From: Mantamonas sphyraenae STR306
Lineage: Eukaryota; Protista; CRuMs
NCBI GenBank assembly: GCA_026936335.1
Contig: JAPMXV010000076.1
Coordinates: 62,001 to 126,000 of the forward strand
Reading direction: 5' to 3'
Length of the DNA stretch: 64,000 nucleotides
Position numbers and translations under genes: made by a program
Part shown: positions 1 to 11,600 of the stretch, piece by piece
How positions within the stretch are numbered: position 1 is the first letter of the stretch
Layout of the letters: each line of letters opens with the position of its first letter
The notes under the pieces: generated by a model
What the model was told of the DNA's origin: nothing
Seen by the model: the letters and a program-made list of their open reading frames with translations, nothing else
Databases searched by the model: none

Positions 1-1690
1 GGTGTCGGCGACCAGAAAGACGCCGGAAGATTGCGCGGGGCTCCTGCTGTGCCACCGTACGCACGCGGCAAGGGGAATCCTCCAGGGAGGCAGATGGTCT
101 CATGCAAAGTATGGGAGGGTAACGGGCCAGCAGGTTTGGCATGTTGTGGTGACACCCGGGGCAGTGTCAACTTCTGCCAGGATCAGTGCCCTGCGCAGCG
201 TGTTTGTGCAGATACAACACCAACGAACAGAACCAATTGGTCATGGGCATGCACACACGAAAACGAGTCCCCGCACATTGTTTGTGGTTGCATCGAGGAC
301 GACGCAGCATTTGGGTGGGAATTCCACCCTTGGATTGCGACTGCATGCCGGGAAGACCCCGTGGTGGTTGCGATCCCGATGCATGCAGTTTGCCAACACA
401 CTGTACTTGATGGTGATTCCACTGGCAAGAATGACAGTGGTACAACACAGCACACAAAGAGCAAGAGAGACCACACCACAACCCAACACACCCGACCGCA
501 AGAGATGAGCACACGCGTTTGCCAGACTTGCCACCAGACCACAGACCGAACCCAGGATTGTCGCTATGGCCAGCGATGCCGGTATGGGCCCGAGCGATGC
601 CGGTTCCACCACTGCCATCACCACCTCCACCGGCCACGATGGAGTGGTGAGCACAGCCACCGGACGCAGCCGCAGCAGCAGCAGCAGCAGCAGAGACACA
701 CGAAGAAGCAGCGGGAGAAGAAGCAGGAGGCAGGAGACGAGGAGCAGGCAGAGGGAGCAATGACCGAGCAGCTGATGCAGGTGGTCGTCACCGTCAGCAC
801 AGCTGTGGTCACCAGCATCCTCCGCTCACGCGGATGGATCTGAGCCCACCTGCCCCCCCTGGACGACACACGTGGACGAGGAGAGGAGAAGGAGAGACTG
901 GGAGAGAGATGGAAGAGAGAAAGTGAGCGGATGAGATGACATTCTCTCTTTTTATCCCTTTTGGCTTGTGTCTTGGTTCCCCGCACCACCCCCAATGTGT
1001 GACAATGACACCAACCAAGGGATGCAAAAAAGAAAGAACCCCCCCACAGTTGTGTGCGTGGGGTGGGGTAGGGTGTGTGTGTGTGTGTGTGTCGGTGCTG
1101 GTCATGGTGGATCACCATCCATTGTCTCGGGCCATCCGCTGCAGACCTCGCACCAGCTGCACTCGGTCATCCCCCGACGCTCGCCCTGGGTCGATGTGGG
1201 CGTTGGCCAGAAAGGCGCGGTTGCCTCGGGCCAGGTTGGGAGCTCCGTCTGCGTTGATGGCCATCCACCGGTAGTCACCGCCGGTGGTCCAGACTCGGGC
1301 GCGTCGCTGTCGCTCGTTGGGCATCTTGTGTGTGTTTGCTGTGGGTTGGGGTTGGGTTAGCGGGGTGCGCTGGTGTCATTGTGGGTCCCATGGTGCCATT
1401 TTGTACACGGCAGGAGCCATCCACATGCTTCTGGGATCGCAGCCATGGCTTTCTCGGTGTGCAGTTGCCCATCGACCTCCACCGCCAGAATTCCTGATTC
1501 CCCACACCGCACCCGCCAGTCGACGAAAACGGACACTTGGATGGCATTGGATGGTCCCACACGATGATTGTGTTCCATGGGAACCCATGCATGCGGTTCA
1601 TTGCATGACAATCGTGCCTGTGCATTGTCCAGGTGGATCGAGTGGGTGGAACAAGGAGATGGCTTTGGCCACGACGATGGGTTTGTTGAA
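1..1690 (+). repeat. Dispersed repeat family A, copy 1 (runs off the window start); near-identical to 3751-5430
   Basis: 1 ggtgtcggcgaccagaaagacgccgg... aligns by eye with 3751 ggtgtcgacgaccagaaagacgccgg... and stays colinear to about 1690/5430 (gtgggtggaacaaggagatggctttgg). Confidence 0.92.
505..843 (+). CDS. Small CCCH-type zinc-finger protein with poly-Q/charged middle and hydrophobic C-terminal helix (inside repeat A copy 1)
   Basis: MSTRVCQTCHQTTDRTQDCRYGQRCRYGPERCRFHH has CxxC plus C-x5-C-x6-C-x3-H. The frame is kept in copy 2 (4255-4581) and in the N-terminus of the RBR gene (5616). Confidence 0.6.
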   Translation: MSTRVCQTCHQTTDRTQDCRYGQRCRYGPERCRFHHCHHHLHRPRWSGEHSHRTQPQQQQQQQRHTKKQREKKQEAGDEEQAEGAMTEQLMQVVVTVSTAVVTSILRSRGWI

Positions 1691-2014
1691 CGGCCAATTG
1701 GGCGCGGGATTGAGTCGCACGTTGGCGGGGAACAACATTGGGAACCATTGTGGATGACCATGGATGAGGGAATATCAGCAGCTGCGGTGCGCAGTGGGGA
1801 CTACGCTTATCTTTCACCCGTGGGTTTCATGGAGGGAGGGCTTCATTGAGAGTTGTGGGGAAAGGCACACAGAGAGAGAGTCTGTGTGTGTGTTCAGTGA
1901 CATACAGGGGGTGGTGAGGTGGGGAAGGGTCATTGTTGTTGGCAAAAAACCCTCTCGCGTCACACTTGATCTTTGGCTGCTTGCTCACGCGGCCGACGTA
2001 CAGACACGTTCAGG

Positions 2015-3511
2015 ATGAGTGAAGAACTGAGCAATGAGGAATGGATAGAGATACTGCATGGCGGTGATGAGCAAGCAATCAGTGAAGCCCTGGCAAGTGC
2101 TGGCAAAGTAAGTGTGGTGGATTTGATGGGCATCCCTTCCGGGGCCAGTTCTTGAGTGGCAGTAGACTGGGAAACTGACAGCACATTGCAGGAGCTGGAC
2201 CTCGAGGACATCATGATCGGTGTCGAAGGGGCAGCTGCGTTGGGCACAGCACTGGCACAGAACAGCACATTGCAGGAACTTAACCTCAAGGAGAACCAGA
2301 TCGGGAACGCAGGGGCAATTGCATTGGGAACGGGACTGGCACAGAACAACACCTTGCAGGTGCTGCTGCTCGGACGCAACAAGATCGGCGACGAAGGTGC
2401 AGCTGCACTAGGCACAGTACTGGCACAGAGCAGCTCATTGCTGTGGCTGGACCTCAATGACAACCAGATTGGGGACGAAGGCGCAGCCGCGTTGGGCACA
2501 GGACTGGTACAGAACAGCAAATTGAAGGAGCTGGTGCTCAGACGCAACAATATCGGGAACGCAGGGGCAGCTGCGTTGGCCACAGGACTGGCACAGAACA
2601 GAACATTGCAGGGGCTGGTGCTCGGACCCAACAGCATCGGCGACAAAGGGGCAGCTGCGCTAGGCAGAGTACTGGCACAGAACAGCTCATTGCTGTGGCT
2701 GGACCTCTGGAGCAACCAGATTGGTGACGAAGGAGCAGCTGCGTTGGGCACAGGACTGGTACAGAACAGCACATTGCAGGAGCTGTGGCTCGGTGGCAAC
2801 CAGGTCGGGGACAAAGGAACAGCTGCGCTGGCCTCCAATCTGGCACAGAACTGCACGTTGCAGAAGCTGGGCCTCGAGACCAACGAGATCGGCGACGAAG
2901 GGGCAGCTGCGCTGGGTCAAGGACTGGCACAGAACAGCTCATTGCAGAAGCTGGACCTCAGAGGCAACCAGATTGGGGACGAAGGGGCAGCTGCGTTGGT
3001 TCAGGGACTGGCACAGAACAGAACATTGCAGGAATTGCGGATTTCTTTCTTGATCCCATCTCTGACAAGCAACAATCTGGCTCGCAATACCAAAAAGGCA
3101 TTTGTCTTTGCTGACTCTGTCTGCGGTGGTGATTTGGTGACCATGCAAGAACTCCTTGCATGGGGCGTCCACGTTGATGTGCTGGTGGGCGAACGTGCAG
3201 CCACCCCGTTGCTGCTCGCTGTTGAAGCATTTCAAGAAAAAGCCGCGAGAGTCTTGTTGGAGCATGGTGCCACTTTGACCCCTGATGTCAGGGAGTGGAT
3301 GGACAAAGTGGGCTGGTCACCCCAGTGGCACTTTCTTTGGAGCCCACAGCTGGACAAGCAAATGGAGACGGCCATGGTGATGAACATGGAGGAGCGGGAA
3401 GTGATGTTTGGCGCAGGGAGCATGGCAGAGTACGAGCCCACGGCTGAGTGGTGCACCCAGCCAGACGAGGTGTTATCGAGGGTCATGAGCTGGCTCAGCG
3501 CGACTGCCTGA
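2015..3511 (+). CDS. LRR (RI/NLRC3-like, 10 x 28 aa) + ankyrin repeat protein with C-terminal F-box-like motif; exons 2015-2107 and 2192-3511
   Basis: Repeats LxxLxLxxNxIGDxGAAALxxxLxxN; ankyrin TPLLLAVEAFQEKAARVLLEHGA. The in-frame TGA at 2153-2155 lies in a predicted 84-nt phase-0 intron (GTAAGT 2108, CTGAC ~2175, CAG 2191). Exon 1 is homologous to exon 1 of the paralog at 37519. Confidence 0.85.
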
Positions 3512-3750
3512 GGACCAGTCATCGAAGCCAGCTGGTGGCAATCAAGCACCCAAGTGCCAGATCGATGACGACGACGACGTAGTCCACACTACAGGCAGCG
3601 ATGGCAGCACGCACGATACCAAACGGCAGCGTGTGTAGGCAAAGTCTCCTTGCAAGCGGTCACACCTTGTCTTCTGTGCTCCATCCACCAGGAGTGTAGC
3701 ACATGGCAAGCGTTGGTTGGGATGTGGAAATGTGGCAGTGGTGTGTGGCT

Positions 3751-5430
3751 GGTGTCGACGACCAGAAAGACGCCGGAAGATTGCGCGGGGCTCCTGCTGT
3801 GCCACAGTACGCACGCAGCAAGGGGAATCCTCCAGGGAGGCAGATGGTATCCTGCACAGTATGGGAGGGTAACGGGTCAGCAGGATTGGCATGTTGTGGT
3901 GACACCCGGGGCAGCGTCAACTTCTGCCAGGACCAGTGCCCTGCGCTGCGTGTATGTGCAGATACAACCCCAACGAACAGAACCAAATGGTCATGGGCAT
4001 GCACACACGCACACAAATCACCGCGCATTGTGTGTGGTTGCATCGACGACGACGCAGCAGTGGGGTGGGAATTCCACCCTTGGATTGCGACTGCATGCCG
4101 GGAAGACCCCGTGGTGGTTGCGATCCCGATGCATGCAGTTTGCCAACACACTGTACTTGATGGTGATTCCACTGGCAAGAATGACAGTGGTACAACACAG
4201 CACACAAAGAGCAAGAGAGACCACACCACAACCCAACACACCCAACCGCAAGAGATGAGCACACGCGTTTGCCAGACTTGCCACCAGACCACAGACCGAA
4301 CCCAGGATTGTCGCTATGGCCAGCGATGCCGGTATGGGCCCGAGCGATGCCGGTTCCACCACTGCCACCACCACCACCACCGGCCACGATGGAGTGGTGA
4401 GCACAGCCACCGGACGCAGCCGCAGCAGCAGAGACACACGAAGAAGCAGCGGAAGAAGAAGCAGGAGGCAGGAGACGAGGAGCAGGGAGAGGGAGCAATG
4501 ACCGAGCAGCTGATGCAGGTGGTCGTCACCGTCAGCACAGCTGTGGTCACCAGCATCCTCCGATCACGCGGATGGATCTGAGCCAACCTGCCCCCCCCCT
4601 GGACGACACACGTGGACGAGGAGAGGAGAAGGAGAGACTGGGAGAGAGATGGAAGAGAGAAGTGAGCGGGTGAGATGACGTTCTCTCTTTTTGTCCCTTT
4701 TGCTTGTCTCTTGGTTCCCCGCACCACCCCCAATGTGTGACAATGACACCAACCAAGGGATGCAAAAAGAAAGAACCCACCCACAGATGTGTGCGTGGGG
4801 TGGGGTAGGGTGTGGGTGTGTGTGTGTGTGTCGGTGCTGGTCATGGTGGATCACCATCCATTGTCTCGGGCCATCCGCTGCAGACCTCGCACCAGCTGCA
4901 CTCGGTCCTCATCCGACACTCGCCCAGGGTCGATGTGGGCGTTGGCCAGAAAGGCACGGTTGCCTCGGGCCAGGTTGGGAGCTCCGTCTGCGTTGATGGC
5001 CATCCACCGGTAGTCACCGCCGGTGGTCCAGACTCGGGCGCGTCGCTGTCGCTCGTTGGGCATCTTGTGTGTGTTTGCTGTGGGTTGGGGTTGGGTAAGC
5101 GGGGTGCGCTGGTGTCATTGTGGGTCCCATGGTGCCATTTTGTACACGGCAGGAGCCATCCACATGCTTCTGGGATCGCAGCCATGGCTTTCTCGGTGTG
5201 CAGTTGCCCATCGACCTCCACCGCCAGAATTCCTGATTTCCCACACCCCACCCGCCAGTCGACGAAAACGGACACTTGGATGGCATGGGATGGTCCCACA
5301 CGACGCATTTGTTCCATGGAAGCCCATGCATGCAGTTCATTGCATGAAGCATGTGCCTGTGCATTGTCCACGTGGATCGAGTGGGTGGAACAAGGAGATG
5401 GCTTTGGGCACGACAATGGGTTTGTAGAAC
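3751..5430 (+). repeat. Dispersed repeat family A, copy 2
   Basis: Direct repeat of 1-1690 with substitutions and microsatellite length changes. Confidence 0.92.
4255..4581 (+). CDS. Small CCCH-type zinc-finger protein, second copy
   Basis: Near-identical to 505-843 with a shorter poly-Q run (in-frame indel). Confidence 0.6.
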   Translation: MSTRVCQTCHQTTDRTQDCRYGQRCRYGPERCRFHHCHHHHHRPRWSGEHSHRTQPQQQRHTKKQRKKKQEAGDEEQGEGAMTEQLMQVVVTVSTAVVTSILRSRGWI

Positions 5431-5615
5431 GGTCGTGGTGGTAGCGGATGCACGTGTGCATGTTGGAATCATGGAATGGTGTGGTTTTGGTGGAACTCGG
5501 GTGCAGTCCTCGGAGTCGATCGACTGCACTTCTGGCCAGTTCCCTTTTGCACGGACGGACTGCGCCAACTCACTCAACACAACTACCATCCACACGACAA
5601 CCCATCCAACAAGCG

Positions 5616-6773
5616 ATGAGCACACGCGTTTGCCAAACTTGCCACCAGACAACAGACCGAGCCCAGGATTGCCGCTTTGGCGAGCAATGCCGCTTCGGCC
5701 CCGAACGATGCCGCTACCATCACTGCTACCACCGGCGTGGATGGCGAAGTGAGTGCAAACACCGCAGGGAGCACCAAAGCTACAAGGAGTGGCAGATGGA
5801 GCAGCCCTGGCGACGGAAGCAGGATCAGCGAGCACAGGACACCGAGCAGGCAAGGAAGATCCAGCTGCTGTATGAGGCTCCCAATGGCCGCACCGGTGCC
5901 ATTCTCCTCACAGAGAACAGCACCATTGCCACGCTGCACACATCACTTGCTGACCGCGTGAGGATTCCCGAGGACAGGCTGTGGATGACACACCATGGGA
6001 AGCCGCTGCGTCCGTCGACATCGATATCAATCCACGACTACAACATCGATGAGGGAAGCATCGTCCGCATCATGCTGCGCAACTCGTGGCACCACGAGCC
6101 GCATGACACCGAGGAGACAGAGACAACCACGACACCGGCAGCCACACAATTCACATGTCCAATCTGCGACGACGACGAGGTCGACCCGTCCACCGAGGCC
6201 ACGGCGATGGGATGTGGTCACACGTTCTGCCACCAGTGCTGGTCGAAACACATCGAGGCACGCCTGGGCGAGGCACCCCAGATCCGCTGTCTCGAGAGTG
6301 GCTGCGGAATGGTGGTGGACAGTGGTACGGTCAGCCGTGTGGCAGATCAGGAGCTGTGTGACCGCTACGAGCACATCTGCCTCGGCAAGGCTCTGGACGA
6401 GCTGGGATTGCTGTACTGCGCCAACACAGAGTGCAGCAACGCCTTTGAGGCCGACGCTGGCGACAGCTACGTCACCTGTGCCGCCTGTGGACACAGCACA
6501 TGTGTGTCATGTCGTGCAGCGTGGCACACCGGGATGACATGTGCTGAGGCCAGCGATGCATCGTCCATCCAGGATGTGGCATCCCTGAAGACCATTGCCC
6601 AGACGACAAAGGCATGTCCCGAGTGCAACGAACGCATCGAGAAGAACGGTGGGTGCAAGCACATGACGTGCAAGAAGTGTCAGCACGAGTTCTGTTGGGG
6701 CTGTTTGCAGCCATACACACGCACAGCAAGGAGAGGCCTCAGTGTACAATGTCTGGACACGTGTACAGCGTAG
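5616..6773 (+). CDS. CCCH zinc finger + ubiquitin-like domain + RBR (RING1-IBR-RING2) E3 ubiquitin ligase, Ariadne-like
   Basis: Ubl: RIPEDRLWMTHHGKPL...SIHDYNIDEGSIVRIMLR. RING1: CPICDD...CGHTFCHQCW...CLESGC. IBR: YCANTEC...CAACGHSTCVSCRAAWHTGMTC. RING2: TKACPECNERIEKNGGCKHMTCKKCQHEFCWGC, with the catalytic GGC Cys. Confidence 0.92.
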   Translation: MSTRVCQTCHQTTDRAQDCRFGEQCRFGPERCRYHHCYHRRGWRSECKHRREHQSYKEWQMEQPWRRKQDQRAQDTEQARKIQLLYEAPNGRTGAILLTENSTIATLHTSLADRVRIPEDRLWMTHHGKPLRPSTSISIHDYNIDEGSIVRIMLRNSWHHEPHDTEETETTTTPAATQFTCPICDDDEVDPSTEATAMGCGHTFCHQCWSKHIEARLGEAPQIRCLESGCGMVVDSGTVSRVADQELCDRYEHICLGKALDELGLLYCANTECSNAFEADAGDSYVTCAACGHSTCVSCRAAWHTGMTCAEASDASSIQDVASLKTIAQTTKACPECNERIEKNGGCKHMTCKKCQHEFCWGCLQPYTRTARRGLSVQCLDTCTA

Positions 6774-6879
6774 CACAGGAGCAGTGAGGAGGAAATGGTG
6801 TGTCTGGCTGCGGATGGAAGAGAGAATGGAGCGGGTCAGGTGATGCATTCTCACTTGTTGTCACTCTTGCTTGTATCTT

Positions 6880-7490
6880 GTTCCTCAGCACCCTCATGTG
6901 TGGCAATGACACCAACCAAGGTATGAAAAAAAGAAAGAACCCACCCACAGATGTGTGCGTGGGGTGGGTTAGGGTGTGTGTGTGCTGGTGCTGGTGCTGG
7001 TCATGGTGGATCACCGGAAGCGGTCTGAGCCCCTCTCCTCAGCAGCTCGTCTTGGCGGATGCTCACGGACGGGGTAGGGAGTGTACCATCTGGCATATCT
7101 GTCTGCGTTGATGGCCCTGCGCCGCTCTGCCTCGCTGGTGGTCATGTCTCGCTGTCGCTCGTTGGGCATCTTGTGTGTGTTTGCTGTGGGTTGGGGTTGG
7201 GTAAGCGGGGTGCGCTGGTGTCATTGTGGGTCCCATGGTGCCATTTTGTACCCGGCAGGTGCCACCCACATGCTTCTGGGATCGCAGCCATGGCTTTCTC
7301 GGTGTGCAGTTGCCCCTCGACCTCCACCGCCAGAATTCCTGATTCCCCACACCGCACCCGCCAATCGACGAGAACGGACACTTGGATGGCATGGGATGGT
7401 CCCACACGTCGCATGTGTTCCATGGAAGCCCATGCATGCGGTTCATGGCATGCCACATGTCCCTGTGCATTGTCCAGGTGGATCGGGTGG
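6880..7490 (+). repeat. Dispersed repeat family A, partial copy 3 (3' non-coding part)
   Basis: caatgacaccaaccaagg...ggtcatggtggatcacc and cgctgtcgctcgttgggcatcttgtgtgtg...gcattgtccaggtggatcg match about 985-1115 and 1300-1645. Confidence 0.85.
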
Positions 7491-7805
7491 AGGGAAGCAG
7501 ACAAGTGTCGCCACCGCCATGTCCCTTTGTGCACCACCACCCTCTCCCCCCTTGACACTGCCTCTGTGCAGTGAATACACTGCACATGGCGATCAATCAC
7601 ATGTGCCTGCACACAAGGCTGCACATGCAGCGTGTGTGTGCAGTCGACCGTGGCCAGATGAACATTAAAAGGATCCAAGCGACCTCCCGCTGCGACAAAC
7701 CGACCATCCCAACCCATCCAACCCAATCCATGTGTGTCACCACCCACCATCCAACCACCACCGCCATCCACGCACGCGCAGAGTGCATCTGGTGTGGAAA
7801 CACCT

Positions 7806-8420
7806 TTTCCACACGAGGCATGGTGTGGACAGGCTTCCACTGGCTCTGCCGGTGGTGCTACGAGGACGACGACGCCAGTCCCGGGTAAGGATCTGTGGGG
7901 TGGACACGAGGGGAGGAGAGGATACCAATGAAGAGAGAGCACAGACACACATACACACATTCTGTCCCTCGTTGTGTCCTCTTGCAGATCGATCACCGTG
8001 TGAGGGAAGGATGTGTTGAAGCAATCAGCCAGCTGCTGATAATGGGTCGCTGCAATGTCCATTCTGGAGTGTGCTGCAGAGAGAGAGATGAAAGGCACCA
8101 GCTTGCACTGCATCCACATCCCACGCCTCCCTCCCTCCCTCTCTTTGCAGGCCAGTGCCACCCCACAGACGCACACACAGGGCCATCACCAGTCACTGCA
8201 CGCGGTGCATGGCGGCATAGACGACAATGGTCGCCTCTCAACGTGTCGCCACCGCATATGTGCAATGACTGTCTCACATGGCCCTGATTCCCGTGCGTCT
8301 GTGTGATCACTGGCCCAAACAGGAGGGAGTGGTGGGGTGGGATGGGGTGCGGGTAAGTGGGTGTGTGGAAGGAGGGGCGTGTTTCATCCCCAACCACCGC
8401 CCACTCCCTCCTATCTCATC
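7806..8420 (+). repeat. Dispersed repeat family B, copy 1 (upstream of NLR-like gene)
   Basis: ttccacacgaggcatggtgtggacaggcttccactggctctgcc...tcatccccaaccacc matches 13857-14470. Confidence 0.9.
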
Positions 8421-8602
8421 GAGCATCCCCTGACTGTACGTCTGACGCGTGTGCGGTTCGATGTGCAGCACCATCTGAGCATCCTCCATGATTGGATCAC
8501 CACAGGGTGCTTTTCTGCTGACGGCGCTGAACGGTTGGGTTTGTGTGCAGTGACACGAAGGATGCCCCCGCCGACCCAAACAATCGACAAACACGGCTGC
8601 AC

Positions 8603-11600
8603 ATGAGCACAAAGGAAGACAGCGGTGCGCTGTGTCGGCGGTTGTTGGACTGTGAGGGCGAGGATGACCAGAGGAAGGCGTTGAAAGAGTGTGGGTTCCA
8701 CAAGAAGGTCATCGATGCCTTGTTGGAAGAGAATGCGTACGGAGTGGCACTGGTGGAGCTTTATCAGACGGAGGACGAGTGGGTGAAATTGCTGGATGAA
8801 GCTGGGATCGAGCGGGAAGTGCGAAGATGGCAGCGGCAGATCAAGCTTTGGGAGACGTTTATTCTGGACTGCGAGACCAAGGCAGGCATGGCGGTGGTGG
8901 AAGACGGGGGAGGTGAAGAGAAGGAGGAGGCTGGTAAGTGAGAGGAGAGAGGGGGTTTGGGGGGTGGAAAGGTTGGAGGAGGCGCTGACACCTGCCCGCG
9001 TGCTTGAGCAGAAAGGGCGTCCAGCTCGTCATCGGCAGGGAGTGTCATGGGCATCATGGACTATTCACGTGTGATGCAGATGAGTGTGGTGCGTGGAGGG
9101 GATGTGTCGTCGGCAGGTTCGTCGAGTGGAGGAGGGGCGAAAGGGAAAGGTGTCGTTGTGAAGGAAGGGCAGATTGTGCCACACAAGCGAAACTCGCGGG
9201 AGAGGTGTGGATGGGACAAGGGCGGGATGAGCGATGTGCGTGTGCTGCTGCTGGGTTCGGATGGACAGGCACGAGGAAAGGTCAAGATAAGCTGTGCAGA
9301 GGAGCAGAGGGCGGTGGAAGCAGCGCGACGAGTGGGCGGCTTGCTGACGAGTGCTGTGGGGGCGGCTGAGCAGGTGGACTTTGTGGCGGAGATTCGTTCA
9401 TTGAAGGCACCGATGGTACACATCATGACACACATGGGGGTGGCAGTGGTGGAGGGAGAGGATGCCTCTGTGACGAGAAAGACGCTTGTGCACTCGCTGC
9501 GAGAAGCAAGTCCCGTGGCGGTGTTTTTGAACGGATGCAGCAGTGCAGAGATGGCCATGGAGATCAATGACCATGTGCCACTGGTGATTGGGTACACCGA
9601 GGCAGTGGACGATCATGCGGCTTTGGACATGGCCAAGGTGTGGTACGAGAACATTGGGAGTGGAGAGACGGTGGAAGAGGCGTTCCGGGCTATGGTGGAA
9701 GCAGGAGGGGAGAAGGAAGGGCCGAAAGCACTGTTGTGTCATTGGCAGGGCATGGAAGACACAGTGTTGGTCAACGCGAGTGGAAAGAAGGCACAGGATG
9801 GGTTCTCCAGGAGACGTGTGGACAATCTGGGCAAAGCACGAGAGCTTGTGCGACGAGAGGAGGTGCTAAGGGAGCTGGAGGAGGCAGAAGGGGTGGTGGT
9901 GGTGTGTGGAGCGAGGGGCATGGGCAAGACAAGCGTGGTAGAGATGCATGCGCAGGAAGTGAAGGAGAAGGGTGGCACGGATGTGGTGTGGTGGTGTGCA
10001 GGACAGAGCAGAGAGGCTTTGGTGAGTGACTTGCTGCAGCTGGGTGTGGCATTGGGCGTGTTCACGGATGCTGGAGTTCAGTCGGCTGAGAAGGAGGAGG
10101 TGCGAGAGGGAATGGCAAAGAGGGTGATGCAGGCGTTGGATGGACAGCGATGGATGTTGGTGATGGACGGGGTGGAGGCATGGGGGGATGTCGAGGCGTT
10201 TGTGCACGGAGGAGGTCGTGTGGTGATGACGACATGGCGGGATGGGGTTTGGGACAAGCGGGTGGTGGACGCTGTGGTGAGGGTGGATGTAATGCGGAAG
10301 GATGAGGTGGATGCCGTGTTTGCGAGTGAGGGTGTGGTGGTGGATGGGGAAGAGGAGGAGAAGGCATATGGGGAACTGAAGAGGCTGCTGGATGGGATGG
10401 CATTGGCTGTGCGACAGGCAGCGGCAGTGATTGGAGAGTGGGGAGAGGGTGGATCGGTGCAGAAGTACGTGAAGAGACTGGGACGCAGTCTGAGACAGCT
10501 GGGGAAGGAGGTGGAGGGCGATGTGTACAGTGGAACAGCGCTGAGTGTGTGGCAGATTGCGATGGAAGAGGCATCGGAGAGGAACGAACATGCAGCAAGG
10601 TTGATGTTGTGCATGGCGCTGTTGGATGGGCAGGATCTGCCAATGAGGCTGCTGGTGACGCTGATGGAGCAGATTGCGGGTGTGGAGGACAGGGAAGAGG
10701 CAGAGGAAATGGCAGAGGAGGCATTGGAGGCACTGCAGAGAGTGTCGCTGGTGCAGAGGATGGTGGAAAGAGGGAGTGGGTGGAAGGTGCATGGGCTGAC
10801 GCAGATGATGGCAAGGGGAGGACAAGCGGTGGTGTTGGATGGAGAGGAAGGCGTAGGGAGGCTGGTGGGTGTGAAGCATGTGTTCATGATGATGCGGAGG
10901 GAGTTTGCTTTCGATTGGAGTGAGTCGCTTGACGAACTTGGATGGCACAGGAGAATGCTAGTGCATGGTGAATCTGTGTGGAATGCATGTCACGAGGTGT
11001 GCGCACTCAGAAGAAATGTGGAGGACATGTGCTGGGTGGGACGGAATGTGGCGCATGTGCATGACTGGATGGGCTCGTATGGAGAGGCGGGAAAGTGGGT
11101 AGAAGAGGTGATGAGAATGCAGAGGGAAGCTGGAGAAGAAGAGGAAGAGACCGAAGGATGGGCGAGAAGTTTGTTCCTGGCTGCAGGGATTGCAGATGCG
11201 AAGGGAGAGTACGATCGTGCACTGGAGCTGCATGAGCAGGCACTGGGAATTAGGCGACGGGTGCATGGTGGGGATGAGCACCCGGATGTGGCATCGAGCA
11301 TCCACAACATGGCTGGGGTGTACGATGACAAGGGAGAGTATGATCGGGCACTGGAGCTGTATGAGCAGGCACTGGATATCAGGCGACGGGTGCATGGTGG
11401 GGATGAGCACCCGGATGTGGCATCGAGTATCAACAACATGGCTCGGGTGTACGATGCCAAGGGAGAGTACGATCGGGCACTGGAGCTGCATGAGAAGGCA
11501 CTGGGGATCTGGCGCCGGGTGCATGATGGGATGAGCACCCGGATGTGGCCACGAGCATCGCCAATATGGCTGGGGTGTACCAGGCCAAGGGAGAGTACGA

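Noticed and set aside
31-504. Cys-rich N-terminal extension of the zinc-finger ORFs (31-843, 3703-4581)
   Set aside because: No recognisable domain, several overlapping frames are equally open, and homology with the RBR gene starts at the MSTRVC Met.
2153-2155. Stop-codon readthrough, recoded TGA or pseudogene in the LRR gene
   Set aside because: The TGA lies inside a canonical 84-nt intron whose position is conserved in the paralog.
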